A stretch of 54,197 nucleotides of DNA from a virus (taxonomy: Duplodnaviria > Caudoviricetes). A model generated the notes under the pieces. It did not search any database. It was not told the origin of the DNA and was given only the letters and a program-made list of their open reading frames with translations. The stretch spans positions 1-54,197 of the IMG/VR virus record IMGVR_UViG_3300010160_000057. The stretch is one strand, 5' to 3'. Each line of letters starts with the position of its first letter. Position 1 is the stretch's first letter. Positions 24,268-34,541 of this stretch are shown piece by piece. Made by a program: the position numbers and the translations under genes.

Positions 24268-27200
24268 TTATGTTTCACACCCACAAGATATATAAATTAC
24301 TCCAATTTTTTCTACATTAGTAAATGGAAGTCCTATTGAGCAATATGAAACATCTATAGCTTCTGAGGCAAGTGTATTTGAAGTTAAAATTCCATTTTCA
24401 TTATAATAAAATACTTGAACGTCATCAGACCCCGGAGGATTAGTAACTGAATAAGAATTGTAAGGGGTTGGACAGCTTGTGTTACAAACGCAACATACAT
24501 CAAAAGAACTTACTCCAAAGCACAAAGATACTTCAACTGCACAAGGTGCGCAAGTTTGTTGAGGTAATAATACGCCATCAATTGTTAATTCTCTTACTAT
24601 TCCTCCTAATGAATAGAATCCATCTTCCGCAAATGTAGTTAATGTATCGTCAGCCCAAACTGATGTTGCTACATTAAATGCTCCATCTAAATAATATATA
24701 TCAGTAACACAATCACAACAAGAATCAATTCTTGTTTTTGCAAAACACAGTTCAGTTTCAATAGCACTTCTGAAATCCCATATTAGATATAGATAATTAC
24801 CATCTATACTTGCAGGAACTGTGAAGTCTCCGCTATACACAGGAGCACTTCCTGTAATAGGAGTTATTGTAGTTGATGACAATAAAAGAGACTGAATATC
24901 TATGTTATTATTACCATACAATGTATTACTTCTTAAATACCTAAACTTATTATATGTGGTATCAAATACAAAATCATCAGGGACAATAGCATTTGATATA
25001 AGGCTCATTACGCTAGATTCAGGAGGGAATCCTCCTTGTCCTGCAAATCCTGTAGTGATATTATATCTTGACACAACAGGTGATGTAGTATCAATTATAA
25101 ATGGTACTAAATTAGATAAAAGAGGTCCTACAAATGATAAATTAGTATATCTATATTGAGTATGAATAGTCTTACCTGCCTCTGAATTATTAGTTAAAAC
25201 TACCTCAACTATATTTAATTCTTCAGCTTCAGTACATTCTGCAGTTACAGAAACAGTCATATCTCCTGTATAGGTAAGGGTTATTTGTGCTGTTTGTATT
25301 AATATGTTATCTTTATTAAATGTAATTTGCCCATCTGTATCTACAGGACCTGAAGTTACTGTAACACCATTGTACAAAACACTTACCTCAAGTGTTTTTC
25401 CTGACTCAATGTTTGCAAATTCCCATCTTATATTGGTATTACCTACAGTAGGACCTAAGTCAACACAATATATTTGCGTTTTAGACACTTCAACTCCTAC
25501 AGACAAAGTAAATGTTTGAGATATTCCGCAATCCAAACATTGAGGATTTATAGGAAGTTGTTGGTCGTTCATAGACAATACATACTCATTCATATAAGGG
25601 TCAAAGCCTCCAAGTTTTTGGTAATTAAATGACGAATTAAACTCATCTCTAAACCAAGTTCTCATGTTTTGGTCAGATGTTACTATTAATTGTTCATTTT
25701 GGTCTTCACCACCTTTTAATTGAATAACAGAACCACGTTTTGCGTCAGTAAAAAATCTATCGTAACCCCATTGAACATAGCTCTCAGGATTAAAACTAAT
25801 ACCATACTTTTCAGTACGTGCTATTTGCGTTCCTAAGACCTCAGGTGTAGCTGTAATTATACCTCCGGCACTTGCATCTGATAATAAATTTTTCTCTGCT
25901 AAAACGTAAGATATTTTATCTTCTTGTAAACAAAGAATATCTGTATTTCTACCATCTAAATATTGTATTTCTCCAAACGAACCTTCACAATGTTTAAAGT
26001 TTAATAAACCTGAATTAAACTCATTTAATTTATTAATATTACTCTCTCCATTATAAATACCACTATAAGTAATATCTGAAAATCTATCAGCCATTTTATA
26101 ATCTTGAGCAGCAACTGTAGTTACTCTCTCTCCAAAGTTGAATGATTTTCCAATAAGTGAATCACGTATTTTATAACTTTCTGCTCCGTTTCCAAAAGTA
26201 AAACAATTATAAAAACCGGTGTCAATTATAGCGGGTAATGATGATGTTTGGTTTTGAATATTACCATCATGATAACCATTTGAATCAATAGCAAATGATA
26301 AATTATTTTCAAAAAATACATCAGGTAAAGCATCAGACGGTTCTGTTTCCCATATAATAGTATTTATTGCTCTAAATACAGTTAACGATACAGAAACTTC
26401 AGAAAATATAAAAAGTTTACCCGAAACCCCTCTTACATTTAACACAAGTCTATTAGTAGTAAGGTTTCTATCAAATTGCATATACATTGTATATCTTTCA
26501 CAAGAAGAAGGAGTTCCAAACCCCGGTATATATTGAATGCTACTTCCTGAACATCCATATACATTAGGATTTGACAATGTTGAAGAGATATTGTCTCCAA
26601 CAAACCAATCATACATATTGTCATAGTTTCTTGAAGATACAAATTCATTAACCCAAGAAGCGCTAAAACACCCAATACTACCTACCTCAGGTCGATATCC
26701 GCTTACAGAAATTTTTATTCTACTCCCTGCAGGAACAGTATAATCTTCATAAATCCAACTAGGGTGTGCAGGGTCAAATCCTGCTGCACGTCCAATATTC
26801 ATAGGATAATCAATAGTAACACATTGGTCAGCAAATGCTCTTTCATAACGATTTCCCGGATTAATAGTAGCATCAGGGTCAACAACAACATTAAATGAAT
26901 TTGGATTTATTTTAATATATAAACCCGCTAACACAGGTACATTTTCTTTAGGAACAATAAAATTAGAAGATTGTGATTTTTTATCAAGAACAGTTGCATA
27001 AGCGCAATTTGTAGTAGGACCTGATGTGTCTGCTTTTACAATTAACCTGTCTCCAATCTCAACTTTTTTAGTATTTTCTCCCTCAATTAAAAAATATACT
27101 TCATTAGTATTTTTATCTGTAAAAAATATATTTGAATATATTGTTTCGTAATTCTCTGCATCAGGTTTAATTACAAACTTATATCTTGTAGCCCAATAAG

Positions 27201-29118
27201 GTGCTATTTGAGTAGGAGGTATAGTAACTTGAATTGTATTTTTACTTGCAGAAGCATCACAAGGTACAAATACTGTATTAGTTTGACTTACTAATGCTGT
27301 AGTTGAACGATTAAATTCATCCATATACACTATACCTATTTCATACCCTCTATTACTATGTAAACTTGAAGGGTTTCCTATTTCTTGAAAAGTAGCTAAT
27401 GCGTATGTAAAATCATAATATTCATAAACTCTTTGAGTAGGAGTTGTTAAAGAATTAACATATTCCATTGCAGGAATTTGTAATCCAATTATATTACTTG
27501 CGGGAGTTGAAATTATTTTTATTGGTTGTAGTATAGAATTTATACCACTTCCATATTTTAAAAGAGAACCTAAATTGGCAGGAAGAAAACAATTAAAAGA
27601 ATCTGTTAAAGTAGTTCCATCACAAGATGTTTGAACACCCGGTGTTGAACTATAAACAGGTTTTATATTAGCTGCTGTTCCTATAGCTAAAGTAAATTCA
27701 GGGCTTGTAGCTAATGCATATACTGATGAATAATTTGTTGATAAATTAAATACAAATTCTAAAACTACAAAATCAGTTGTTTCTGTTGGAAAAGGAAGAG
27801 AGCCTGTAAAAGTAGAATGAGTTAATGATAAATTTATAGTTATAGACGAACCTGCTACCAAATTTATTCCTGTTAAATCAAAAGTTACAATAGAATCAGT
27901 AATAGTTTGACCTAATGCCGATGGGTCTATATTATAAATACCATTATCCGTAGAATCAGGGATAGAAGTTTGACCTATAGCTTCAGACGTTAAAGATGTT
28001 GTGTATTCAATTTTAACAGGTACTTCTTTTTCGTCAATTAAATCATATCCCTCTACATAATTTCCATACATTAACCTATTACCCATAATAGTTTGAGCTT
28101 TAGCAAAACGAGGAACATTATCATAAAGTCTTAAAATCTCAGCCTCATTTAATACTGTAAATATCTTACTATTATTAAAAGAATATTGTAAAACTTGATT
28201 ATCTACACCACCTAAATCTGCTGCTTTATCAAGTTGTTCAATAATTTTAATTATATTTTTATTTGATTCTTTAAATAATAAATCGACACCAACAACAAGT
28301 GGTCCTCCTGAATTATACTCAATTATTGAAGTATTGCAAGAATTAACCATACCTTCATTTAACATACTATTTATACTAAACTCAAAAGGCTGAGGTATAA
28401 AAGCAGGTTCTGACCATTGAGAAGTAGCCGAGTATTCTCCATCAACATATTTATATCTATATGCAAAACATATAAATCTTGTTTCTAAAAAATTCTCTTG
28501 TCCACTTGTTTTAATTGGAATTATAGTTGGAGACTCAATAGGTGGTTTTTTTATAACAAGTAAAGCCTCTGCTGAAACTTGGTCAATATCGCTAATAGGA
28601 TTTGGATACCTATTTCTAACAGGTCTTATATTTATAAATCTTGGAGGATTATAATCGTCTGTAAAAAATATTAAATTATCAATAAGACTTACTCCTGTTA
28701 TAAGATAAGTTGAGTTAAAGTTTAATGTAGTATCTATACCTCCGCCATCATCTATACTGATGACGTGATACGTTAGTACATCCCTTAATACATTATAAGA
28801 TACAATTAAATCAAGTTTTCCCGTAGCTCCAACGGTAAATGTTGGATCATGTACAAACCAATAGATTGTTTCATTAGCACTATCTTCAATAGCACCAATA
28901 CATCTTGCATTTGCACTTAAAGATGTTCCATCAACAATATAAGCTAATTTAGTCAATGGTAAATTGCCTTTTGTATTAGTAATAACTCCTACTTCTGATT
29001 TTTCAGTAGAACCCATTCTAATATTCATAGCATCAACATACTCACTTTCAGGAAGAAGTCTTTGGTCAACGACCTTATTCATTCTACCTGCTAAAAAATT
29101 TCTTGTGAAATTGCCCAT
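24268..29118 (-). CDS. tail stabilisation/nozzle (tail tubular B-like) protein (1616 aa)
   Basis: GRMNK..DQRLLP.SEYVDAMNIR N-terminus, beta-propeller-like body, YGIS.NPES, GGFDP..NEYVLS. Confidence 0.7.
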   Translation of the reverse strand: MGNFTRNFLAGRMNKVVDQRLLPESEYVDAMNIRMGSTEKSEVGVITNTKGNLPLTKLAYIVDGTSLSANARCIGAIEDSANETIYWFVHDPTFTVGATGKLDLIVSYNVLRDVLTYHVISIDDGGGIDTTLNFNSTYLITGVSLIDNLIFFTDDYNPPRFINIRPVRNRYPNPISDIDQVSAEALLVIKKPPIESPTIIPIKTSGQENFLETRFICFAYRYKYVDGEYSATSQWSEPAFIPQPFEFSINSMLNEGMVNSCNTSIIEYNSGGPLVVGVDLLFKESNKNIIKIIEQLDKAADLGGVDNQVLQYSFNNSKIFTVLNEAEILRLYDNVPRFAKAQTIMGNRLMYGNYVEGYDLIDEKEVPVKIEYTTSLTSEAIGQTSIPDSTDNGIYNIDPSALGQTITDSIVTFDLTGINLVAGSSITINLSLTHSTFTGSLPFPTETTDFVVLEFVFNLSTNYSSVYALATSPEFTLAIGTAANIKPVYSSTPGVQTSCDGTTLTDSFNCFLPANLGSLLKYGSGINSILQPIKIISTPASNIIGLQIPAMEYVNSLTTPTQRVYEYYDFTYALATFQEIGNPSSLHSNRGYEIGIVYMDEFNRSTTALVSQTNTVFVPCDASASKNTIQVTIPPTQIAPYWATRYKFVIKPDAENYETIYSNIFFTDKNTNEVYFLIEGENTKKVEIGDRLIVKADTSGPTTNCAYATVLDKKSQSSNFIVPKENVPVLAGLYIKINPNSFNVVVDPDATINPGNRYERAFADQCVTIDYPMNIGRAAGFDPAHPSWIYEDYTVPAGSRIKISVSGYRPEVGSIGCFSASWVNEFVSSRNYDNMYDWFVGDNISSTLSNPNVYGCSGSSIQYIPGFGTPSSCERYTMYMQFDRNLTTNRLVLNVRGVSGKLFIFSEVSVSLTVFRAINTIIWETEPSDALPDVFFENNLSFAIDSNGYHDGNIQNQTSSLPAIIDTGFYNCFTFGNGAESYKIRDSLIGKSFNFGERVTTVAAQDYKMADRFSDITYSGIYNGESNINKLNEFNSGLLNFKHCEGSFGEIQYLDGRNTDILCLQEDKISYVLAEKNLLSDASAGGIITATPEVLGTQIARTEKYGISFNPESYVQWGYDRFFTDAKRGSVIQLKGGEDQNEQLIVTSDQNMRTWFRDEFNSSFNYQKLGGFDPYMNEYVLSMNDQQLPINPQCLDCGISQTFTLSVGVEVSKTQIYCVDLGPTVGNTNIRWEFANIESGKTLEVSVLYNGVTVTSGPVDTDGQITFNKDNILIQTAQITLTYTGDMTVSVTAECTEAEELNIVEVVLTNNSEAGKTIHTQYRYTNLSFVGPLLSNLVPFIIDTTSPVVSRYNITTGFAGQGGFPPESSVMSLISNAIVPDDFVFDTTYNKFRYLRSNTLYGNNNIDIQSLLLSSTTITPITGSAPVYSGDFTVPASIDGNYLYLIWDFRSAIETELCFAKTRIDSCCDCVTDIYYLDGAFNVATSVWADDTLTTFAEDGFYSLGGIVRELTIDGVLLPQQTCAPCAVEVSLCFGVSSFDVCCVCNTSCPTPYNSYSVTNPPGSDDVQVFYYNENGILTSNTLASEAIDVSYCSIGLPFTNVEKIGVIYISCGCET

Positions 29119-29119
29119 A

Positions 29120-30043
29120 TTATTTTATTATCTTATCCATACCTCTTAAATTCATTAAGAGTCTTCCCGGATGAATATTACTTATTCTAATTTTTGCATT
29201 TCTTAATAATGCAGTTCTATCTTTTTTAGCTCTTGCTACTATATATTCTTGTACCCCAAATTTAGAGTTTAATATCTCATATTTAATAGCTGCATAAATA
29301 TATTGTTCAAACAATTTATTAACAGTAATCAATGAATTATCTCCACCTTCCATACCATCGGATACATACTCAAGAATACATAATTCACCCGCCATACTTG
29401 AGTCAAAATTTATAACTCCTGCTTTCTTATCTATTTTAAAAGTAGGATTAAAATTAGCTGTCTCAGTATTTAATCCAAATGCTGTATTAACACCATAATC
29501 AAAATACCACATTCCTTCATAATACCAACCTAATTGTCCATGAAATTGGTTTCCTTGATTTAAGTAAATACTTTTTTTACCTTTTGTAAGTCTATCAAAA
29601 TCAATGTCTGAATATTGTGGTCTTAAAATATTACCATTTTGGTCAAATAAAATATTACCTTGTTGGTCCTGTAAATAAGCATTAGCAGAAAGTATTTGAA
29701 TGTTCTCAGTTAATGGTCTTAACCAACCATCTTTATATAATGAAATACGAACCCAATTAACATAATCAGATGGAAGTACATATCTTAACGAATCAGCTAC
29801 ACTTAACTCTAATACTTTAATTTCTTTAAACGCATCATAATTAAGTTCTTGTATAGCTCTTTTTGCATGAAATATAACTTTATATCTTTCCTCATTATTT
29901 ACTAATGAATGGTTTCCTGAGTACATTAATAAAAAATTATTAACCACATCATCTAAGCTAACATATTGATAAGAACCCCAATTTGCATCTTGAGGTGTAC
30001 TACCATTATTGTCATAATATTCATATTGAGATAAATACGCCAT
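29120..30043 (-). CDS. tail ring/adaptor protein
   Basis: AKRAIQEL, LPSDYVNWVRI; lies between capsid and nozzle genes. Confidence 0.6.
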   Translation of the reverse strand: MAYLSQYEYYDNNGSTPQDANWGSYQYVSLDDVVNNFLLMYSGNHSLVNNEERYKVIFHAKRAIQELNYDAFKEIKVLELSVADSLRYVLPSDYVNWVRISLYKDGWLRPLTENIQILSANAYLQDQQGNILFDQNGNILRPQYSDIDFDRLTKGKKSIYLNQGNQFHGQLGWYYEGMWYFDYGVNTAFGLNTETANFNPTFKIDKKAGVINFDSSMAGELCILEYVSDGMEGGDNSLITVNKLFEQYIYAAIKYEILNSKFGVQEYIVARAKKDRTALLRNAKIRISNIHPGRLLMNLRGMDKIIK

Positions 30044-30061
30044 TTCTTTTTATTTATATTA

Positions 30062-31021
30062 TTATTGTTGCATACTAAATGTAGGCTGTTCGTGTTGTTG
30101 TTGAGCCATACCAAATTGAGTAACTTCCGCTTCACGAATTGATATACCACAATACTCAAGAATTTTTGTTACTAATTTATAACCATCTTCAGTTGGTAAC
30201 TCAAAATCTTGGTAGTCAGGTTGAGATTGGTCAAATGCCGGTTCTCCGCTAATTAATGTAATATAAGTCCACTTAGGTGTTTTAGGGTATCTAAAATAAA
30301 CCGCTTGAACTTGACCTTTACTGTTTATAGTAGAAGGATATATCTTAATGGTTTCTCCCTCTAATGTATATGAAGGATAAAACTCAGTAGGTTTTGTAAG
30401 TGGTGAAGCATTTAACATTGTTATTTTGCCAACACTAACTTTATCAGCTTCTTTTAATGTAGCTGCTTTTAATATTGAATAATTACTAGGTGTAGTTGTA
30501 AATATATTTGCTGTTAATGCTAAATTAGTATTTGTTGATGAAGTTAATGATAATATATTAGCACTAACACCGGTTGTTGTATTTACAACAATATCTCCTA
30601 CAGATAAACCATCAGATAAAAATGTTGCTGTTGAATCCACTAAAAATGACGATACTACCGATGTGTTTGTTCCGCTCTTAAGTTTATTTGGATAACATAA
30701 TAGTTTAAGAATATAATATGAATAATTACCAACAGTTACAGGAGTGGGTACTGAAAAATTATTTAACCCTAAATTAGCTAAGTAATCTGTTTGTAAAAAA
30801 GTCTCTAATGTCTCAGCAATAGGACTTTCAATATCGGCATAGTCAGTCCCTGAGGCACGTGCATTCTCAGCATTTATAGTTTTATTATAACTGCTATAGT
30901 ACTCTTCATAAATTTCCATTTGTGCATTAGCTGCAAATAAATTGAAATCTGATGGAGAGATATATCCGTAATTATTCTTGTTAAGTATGGATAATACTGC
31001 GTTTCTAACTTCGTTTATCAT
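30062..31021 (-). CDS. tail ring/adaptor (tail tubular A-like) protein
   Basis: True start MINEVRN at 31021, downstream of the terminator and promoter; GYISP.DFN, YFRYP..PKW. Confidence 0.6.
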   Translation of the reverse strand: MINEVRNAVLSILNKNNYGYISPSDFNLFAANAQMEIYEEYYSSYNKTINAENARASGTDYADIESPIAETLETFLQTDYLANLGLNNFSVPTPVTVGNYSYYILKLLCYPNKLKSGTNTSVVSSFLVDSTATFLSDGLSVGDIVVNTTTGVSANILSLTSSTNTNLALTANIFTTTPSNYSILKAATLKEADKVSVGKITMLNASPLTKPTEFYPSYTLEGETIKIYPSTINSKGQVQAVYFRYPKTPKWTYITLISGEPAFDQSQPDYQDFELPTEDGYKLVTKILEYCGISIREAEVTQFGMAQQQHEQPTFSMQQ

Positions 31022-31035
31022 TTTTAATCTTTTTA

Positions 31036-31043
31036 CAAATATA
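31036..31043 (-). promoter_or_regulatory. -7 promoter element TATATTTG
   Basis: CAAATATA on + strand, upstream of the ATG at 31021. Confidence 0.6.
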
Positions 31044-31045
31044 GT

Positions 31046-31075
31046 AAAAAAAAAGCACAGAAATAAATCTGTGCT
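31046..31075 (-). terminator. intrinsic terminator
   Basis: AGCACAGA/TCTGTGCT hairpin with an A9 run on its left. Confidence 0.75.
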
Positions 31076-31113
31076 AATTTTCGACCGGGGATACCCCAAT
31101 CCCAAAAAAAATA

Positions 31114-31857
31114 TTATTGAGGTAAGTTTGCCTCTAACATTTTAAGTGCATCTATACCATCATCACTTGATAGGAAGTGACCTACCATATCGTAAGGGTC
31201 TTCACCAAATGGTACTGATAACATTTTCTTTTTATTAGTTGGTGTACTAAACCAAACCTCTTTATCGTTATTGCGTAATGCTAATAATTTTTCTTCAAAG
31301 AATAAACGAACTTTAGCTTGGAATTGTAGCTCAGGGTCATTCAATGTAGTCAAGAACCCTTTTGGGTCATTTTTAGCAAATACTAATATATCTCGTTTTA
31401 ATTCTGCTGTTGAAATTGTAGAAGGGTCTTTACCAAACATAACTCTTGTAAGAGTTTCAATTTGCTCAAGTGAAAGTTTTCTTGCTTCAACTAAAGCATC
31501 AATTTCAAGGTCTAAATCTTCTACCTCGTGAACAGCATCTTTTTCTTCATCTACCTCTACAAATATTCTACCATTTAAAGGGTGATAATGTAAGAAAGCT
31601 TGTAATGAAGGATTAGTTCTTGGAACACTTAAGAAACCATCTTCAAAAATGATTGGTTCAATAATTGCATTTCCATCTTGTTCATCTTCGAAAGGAGACT
31701 TTTGATTTACCGCATATCTAAGAGCACGGTTTTCATTCTTTTTTTCATCATACCACATTAATGGGAATCGTGGGTGATTTCTTGCCGCTAGGCTATAGGA
31801 AAGTGGATTTCCTATTGTTAATTTATAGATTTTATCTATTGAAGGTGTTGTTGCCAT
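31114..31857 (-). CDS. hypothetical protein downstream of the major capsid gene
   Basis: ORF track; 247 aa. Confidence 0.7.
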   Translation of the reverse strand: MATTPSIDKIYKLTIGNPLSYSLAARNHPRFPLMWYDEKKNENRALRYAVNQKSPFEDEQDGNAIIEPIIFEDGFLSVPRTNPSLQAFLHYHPLNGRIFVEVDEEKDAVHEVEDLDLEIDALVEARKLSLEQIETLTRVMFGKDPSTISTAELKRDILVFAKNDPKGFLTTLNDPELQFQAKVRLFFEEKLLALRNNDKEVWFSTPTNKKKMLSVPFGEDPYDMVGHFLSSDDGIDALKMLEANLPQ

Positions 31858-31894
31858 TTTATAATAATTTAATTTAATTTAATTCTTTTTAACT

Positions 31895-31931
31895 AAAAAA
31901 ATATACAGAGGGACATTGATGTCCCTCTGTA
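31895..31931 (-). terminator. intrinsic terminator after the major capsid gene
   Basis: TACAGAGGGACA-ttga-TGTCCCTCTGTA 12-bp stem plus A run. Confidence 0.8.
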
Positions 31932-31948
31932 GTATTTAAAACTATATA

Positions 31949-33367
31949 TTAACCGTAACGGAATAATACAAAGTTATTTGCACCTAAAGTACATACACAT
32001 CTTTCAGATAGGAAGTTAACCTCCATTGCATCTAAGTCAGAATTTTGAGCACCTCCGGCAGAACCTGTAATCCAAGTTTTGTAACGTCTGTCCTCAGCTT
32101 CAGAAGCACGGTATCTTACGTGTAAGAATGGTCTCTTAGCGTTTTTACCTAAGATTTGGTCATATACAGAAGTAGAACCTGCAGGTACCATAAGTCCTGT
32201 GATTGTACCTGTTGCAGTAGCTGCAGTAGTATTTAAACCACCTCTCATTGTAGGGTCGTTTAGGTATTTCCAATCAGATTTGTAGAAATCATAACCTCTA
32301 CGGAATCCTGTGAATCCTAAGTTTAATGCCATATCAACATCATTGTCGAATAAACCGAAAGATGCAGACTGAGCAACACCACCTGAAGTATAACCATTCA
32401 ATGTAGCTAACATATTGTCGATGTCAAAAGACAATCCACGATTAACAAACACTACGTTTTCTTCGATAGCTCCTTGTTTGTCTAAACGAGAAACGATAGA
32501 ATCCCAATCAGATAAAGTAGTTGGTGTACCACCACCCCAAACATTTCCTCTTGAGTTAACAACGTAGAAAATACCTTGAGAACCAATTAAACCTGTAGAA
32601 GTAGCATTAGTAGTGTTAGCCATAGGAACAGCTTCAATCATAGCAGTTTCTAAGTAATCTTCGAAACGTAAACGAGTTTCGTGCTCTGATTTCAAATACC
32701 ACAAGTAACCTGTAGCACCATTTTCAGTAGTAACTTCAACCCATCCGATTTGAGCCATATCAGAACCATTAACCGAATATTTATCTTTAATGATAATTGG
32801 GTTATTGCTGAAGATGTCATCTTCTGCCTCTAATGAACCAACCATTCCGTTAGTTCCTTTTCTAAACTCAGAACCATAAATAAATACAGTACAAGCAGTA
32901 GATACAGCGAAAGCTTGTCCTCCTGATTCATAGAAAGCTACTGTAAAAGTAGTTGCTGATGGAACAGCAGTAACAACTGCTTTGTTGTAAACTCCTGAAG
33001 AGTTGTTTTGAATCATAACAGTTTGTCCAACTCTAATTGCGATGTAAGTAACACCTGAATCAGCTACAGTGAAAGTAGCAGTGTTTGAAGCTGCTGCAGC
33101 TCCTGAAGTTACATTGGTATACTTAATGTGAAGACGACCTTGTTCTGCCCATTTAATTTGGTCAGAGTTAGAAGGCATCTCAGCACCTACCATTCTCAAG
33201 AATGATGCGATGGTTCTATTACCATATCTTTCAAATTCTTTCTCATAGGTATCAGGAAGATACTGATTCAAGAAGTTAAAGTTGGTAATGTAGTTTGTTG
33301 ATAACGCTACTTGCTCCGCTGACGGTTGTAATGCATAAGTAGGCGTTGATAATAAAGCACTTGCCAT
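31949..33367 (-). CDS. major capsid protein
   Basis: 472 aa after portal and scaffold, followed by a strong terminator; QYLPD.YEKEFERYGNR, WAEQGRLH, FLSERC motifs recognised from flavobacterial podovirus capsids. Confidence 0.8.
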   Translation of the reverse strand: MASALLSTPTYALQPSAEQVALSTNYITNFNFLNQYLPDTYEKEFERYGNRTIASFLRMVGAEMPSNSDQIKWAEQGRLHIKYTNVTSGAAAASNTATFTVADSGVTYIAIRVGQTVMIQNNSSGVYNKAVVTAVPSATTFTVAFYESGGQAFAVSTACTVFIYGSEFRKGTNGMVGSLEAEDDIFSNNPIIIKDKYSVNGSDMAQIGWVEVTTENGATGYLWYLKSEHETRLRFEDYLETAMIEAVPMANTTNATSTGLIGSQGIFYVVNSRGNVWGGGTPTTLSDWDSIVSRLDKQGAIEENVVFVNRGLSFDIDNMLATLNGYTSGGVAQSASFGLFDNDVDMALNLGFTGFRRGYDFYKSDWKYLNDPTMRGGLNTTAATATGTITGLMVPAGSTSVYDQILGKNAKRPFLHVRYRASEAEDRRYKTWITGSAGGAQNSDLDAMEVNFLSERCVCTLGANNFVLFRYG

Positions 33368-33385
33368 TTTAATTAATTTTTAAAT

Positions 33386-34483
33386 TTATAATCTTTTTAT
33401 ACTACGGATTTTAAGACTTCTACCGGAATCAGGATTAACCGCTTTTACCTGCATTCCATCCGTTGACTTAGCTACTTCAGGTGCTCTATTAGTTGACATT
33501 TGAATGTTCTTAATGTTTTTCATAGTACCTTCTGTTGCATCAGCTTGACCTTGCTCATAAAAGAACTTGGCAAACTTCTCAGGATTCATAGCGACTGCTA
33601 ATGATTTATGATAACCTGCTGCATCTTTAATTAACCCTTGCTCATCTAAAAACTTATTAATAAAGTTAGCAGGTGTGGCTTGAGCCTTTTTAAGTTCAGA
33701 AGCTTCTCCGGGATTGAAAGTGATTTTTTTATCATTAACATTAAATTCAAAACCTTTGAACTCTCCGTTAAATACTTCATCAGATTTTTGGTTAAACCAA
33801 TTTCTTTTTCTTTCATTCTCCTCTTCAATAGTCTTCGCTTGTTGGGTATATTGCTTATAGTTTTCATAAATTTCTTTTTCCTCATCAGAAATTAGTGGAG
33901 CACTTGACTCAAGTGGCACTTTATATTTTTCTTTTTGAGAATTAAAAAACTTCTTTGCCTCAGCAACAGCCTTTTTCTTTGCGATTTTAACTCTTTTAAT
34001 ATGTGATTCATCGTCAACATCTTCATCGTAACGATAATCATCCATTAAAGAATCAATATCATCAGCATCAAGTCCTTCTTGAGTTACTGATAAATAATTT
34101 TTAAGTAAACTTTCAGGTTCCATTGTATCGTAATCTTTCTTAAGATTTAAGAAATCTTCAAATCCCCTTCCTGTTTCCTTTTTGTATTTCATATAAGCAG
34201 CTACATCTTCAGGTAAAGCCTCAGCTTCTTGTCTTTCAGATGCCAATTCATCTAGTGAATTTATTTGCTTATTGTATCTTTTTCCAATATAAGAAAGAAC
34301 TTGTTCTTCGTTTAATTCAGGTTCTTGTTGTTGTACAATATTTTGTACATTGTCCTGTACAATATTTTGTGCATTATCTTGAACTTCTTGAAATTGTTCT
34401 TCGTGCTTATCAAGTAATTCTTGTTCTACTTGAGCGGTTCCTTTTTCTTCAGAGCCATCTAATAATCTAACTTTCATTTCCAT
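33386..34483 (-). CDS. capsid scaffold protein
   Basis: Acidic helical protein between portal and capsid; FFYEQG.ADA. Confidence 0.7.
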   Translation of the reverse strand: MEMKVRLLDGSEEKGTAQVEQELLDKHEEQFQEVQDNAQNIVQDNVQNIVQQQEPELNEEQVLSYIGKRYNKQINSLDELASERQEAEALPEDVAAYMKYKKETGRGFEDFLNLKKDYDTMEPESLLKNYLSVTQEGLDADDIDSLMDDYRYDEDVDDESHIKRVKIAKKKAVAEAKKFFNSQKEKYKVPLESSAPLISDEEKEIYENYKQYTQQAKTIEEENERKRNWFNQKSDEVFNGEFKGFEFNVNDKKITFNPGEASELKKAQATPANFINKFLDEQGLIKDAAGYHKSLAVAMNPEKFAKFFYEQGQADATEGTMKNIKNIQMSTNRAPEVAKSTDGMQVKAVNPDSGRSLKIRSIKRL

Positions 34484-34515
34484 TTTAATTTGATTTTATT
34501 TGATTTAATTTTTTA

Positions 34516-34523
34516 CAAATGTA
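34516..34523 (-). promoter_or_regulatory. -7 promoter element TACATTTG
   Basis: CAAATGTA upstream of scaffold and capsid genes. Confidence 0.6.
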
Positions 34524-34541
34524 AACATTTTTGTTTATATT

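Noticed and set aside
31021-31105. N-terminal extension of ORF 30062..31105
   Set aside because: It runs through a terminator and a promoter; the ATG at 31021 is the plausible start
34330-34385. 24-nt tandem repeat (VQDNxQNI) in the scaffold gene
   Set aside because: Ordinary low-complexity duplication in a disordered region
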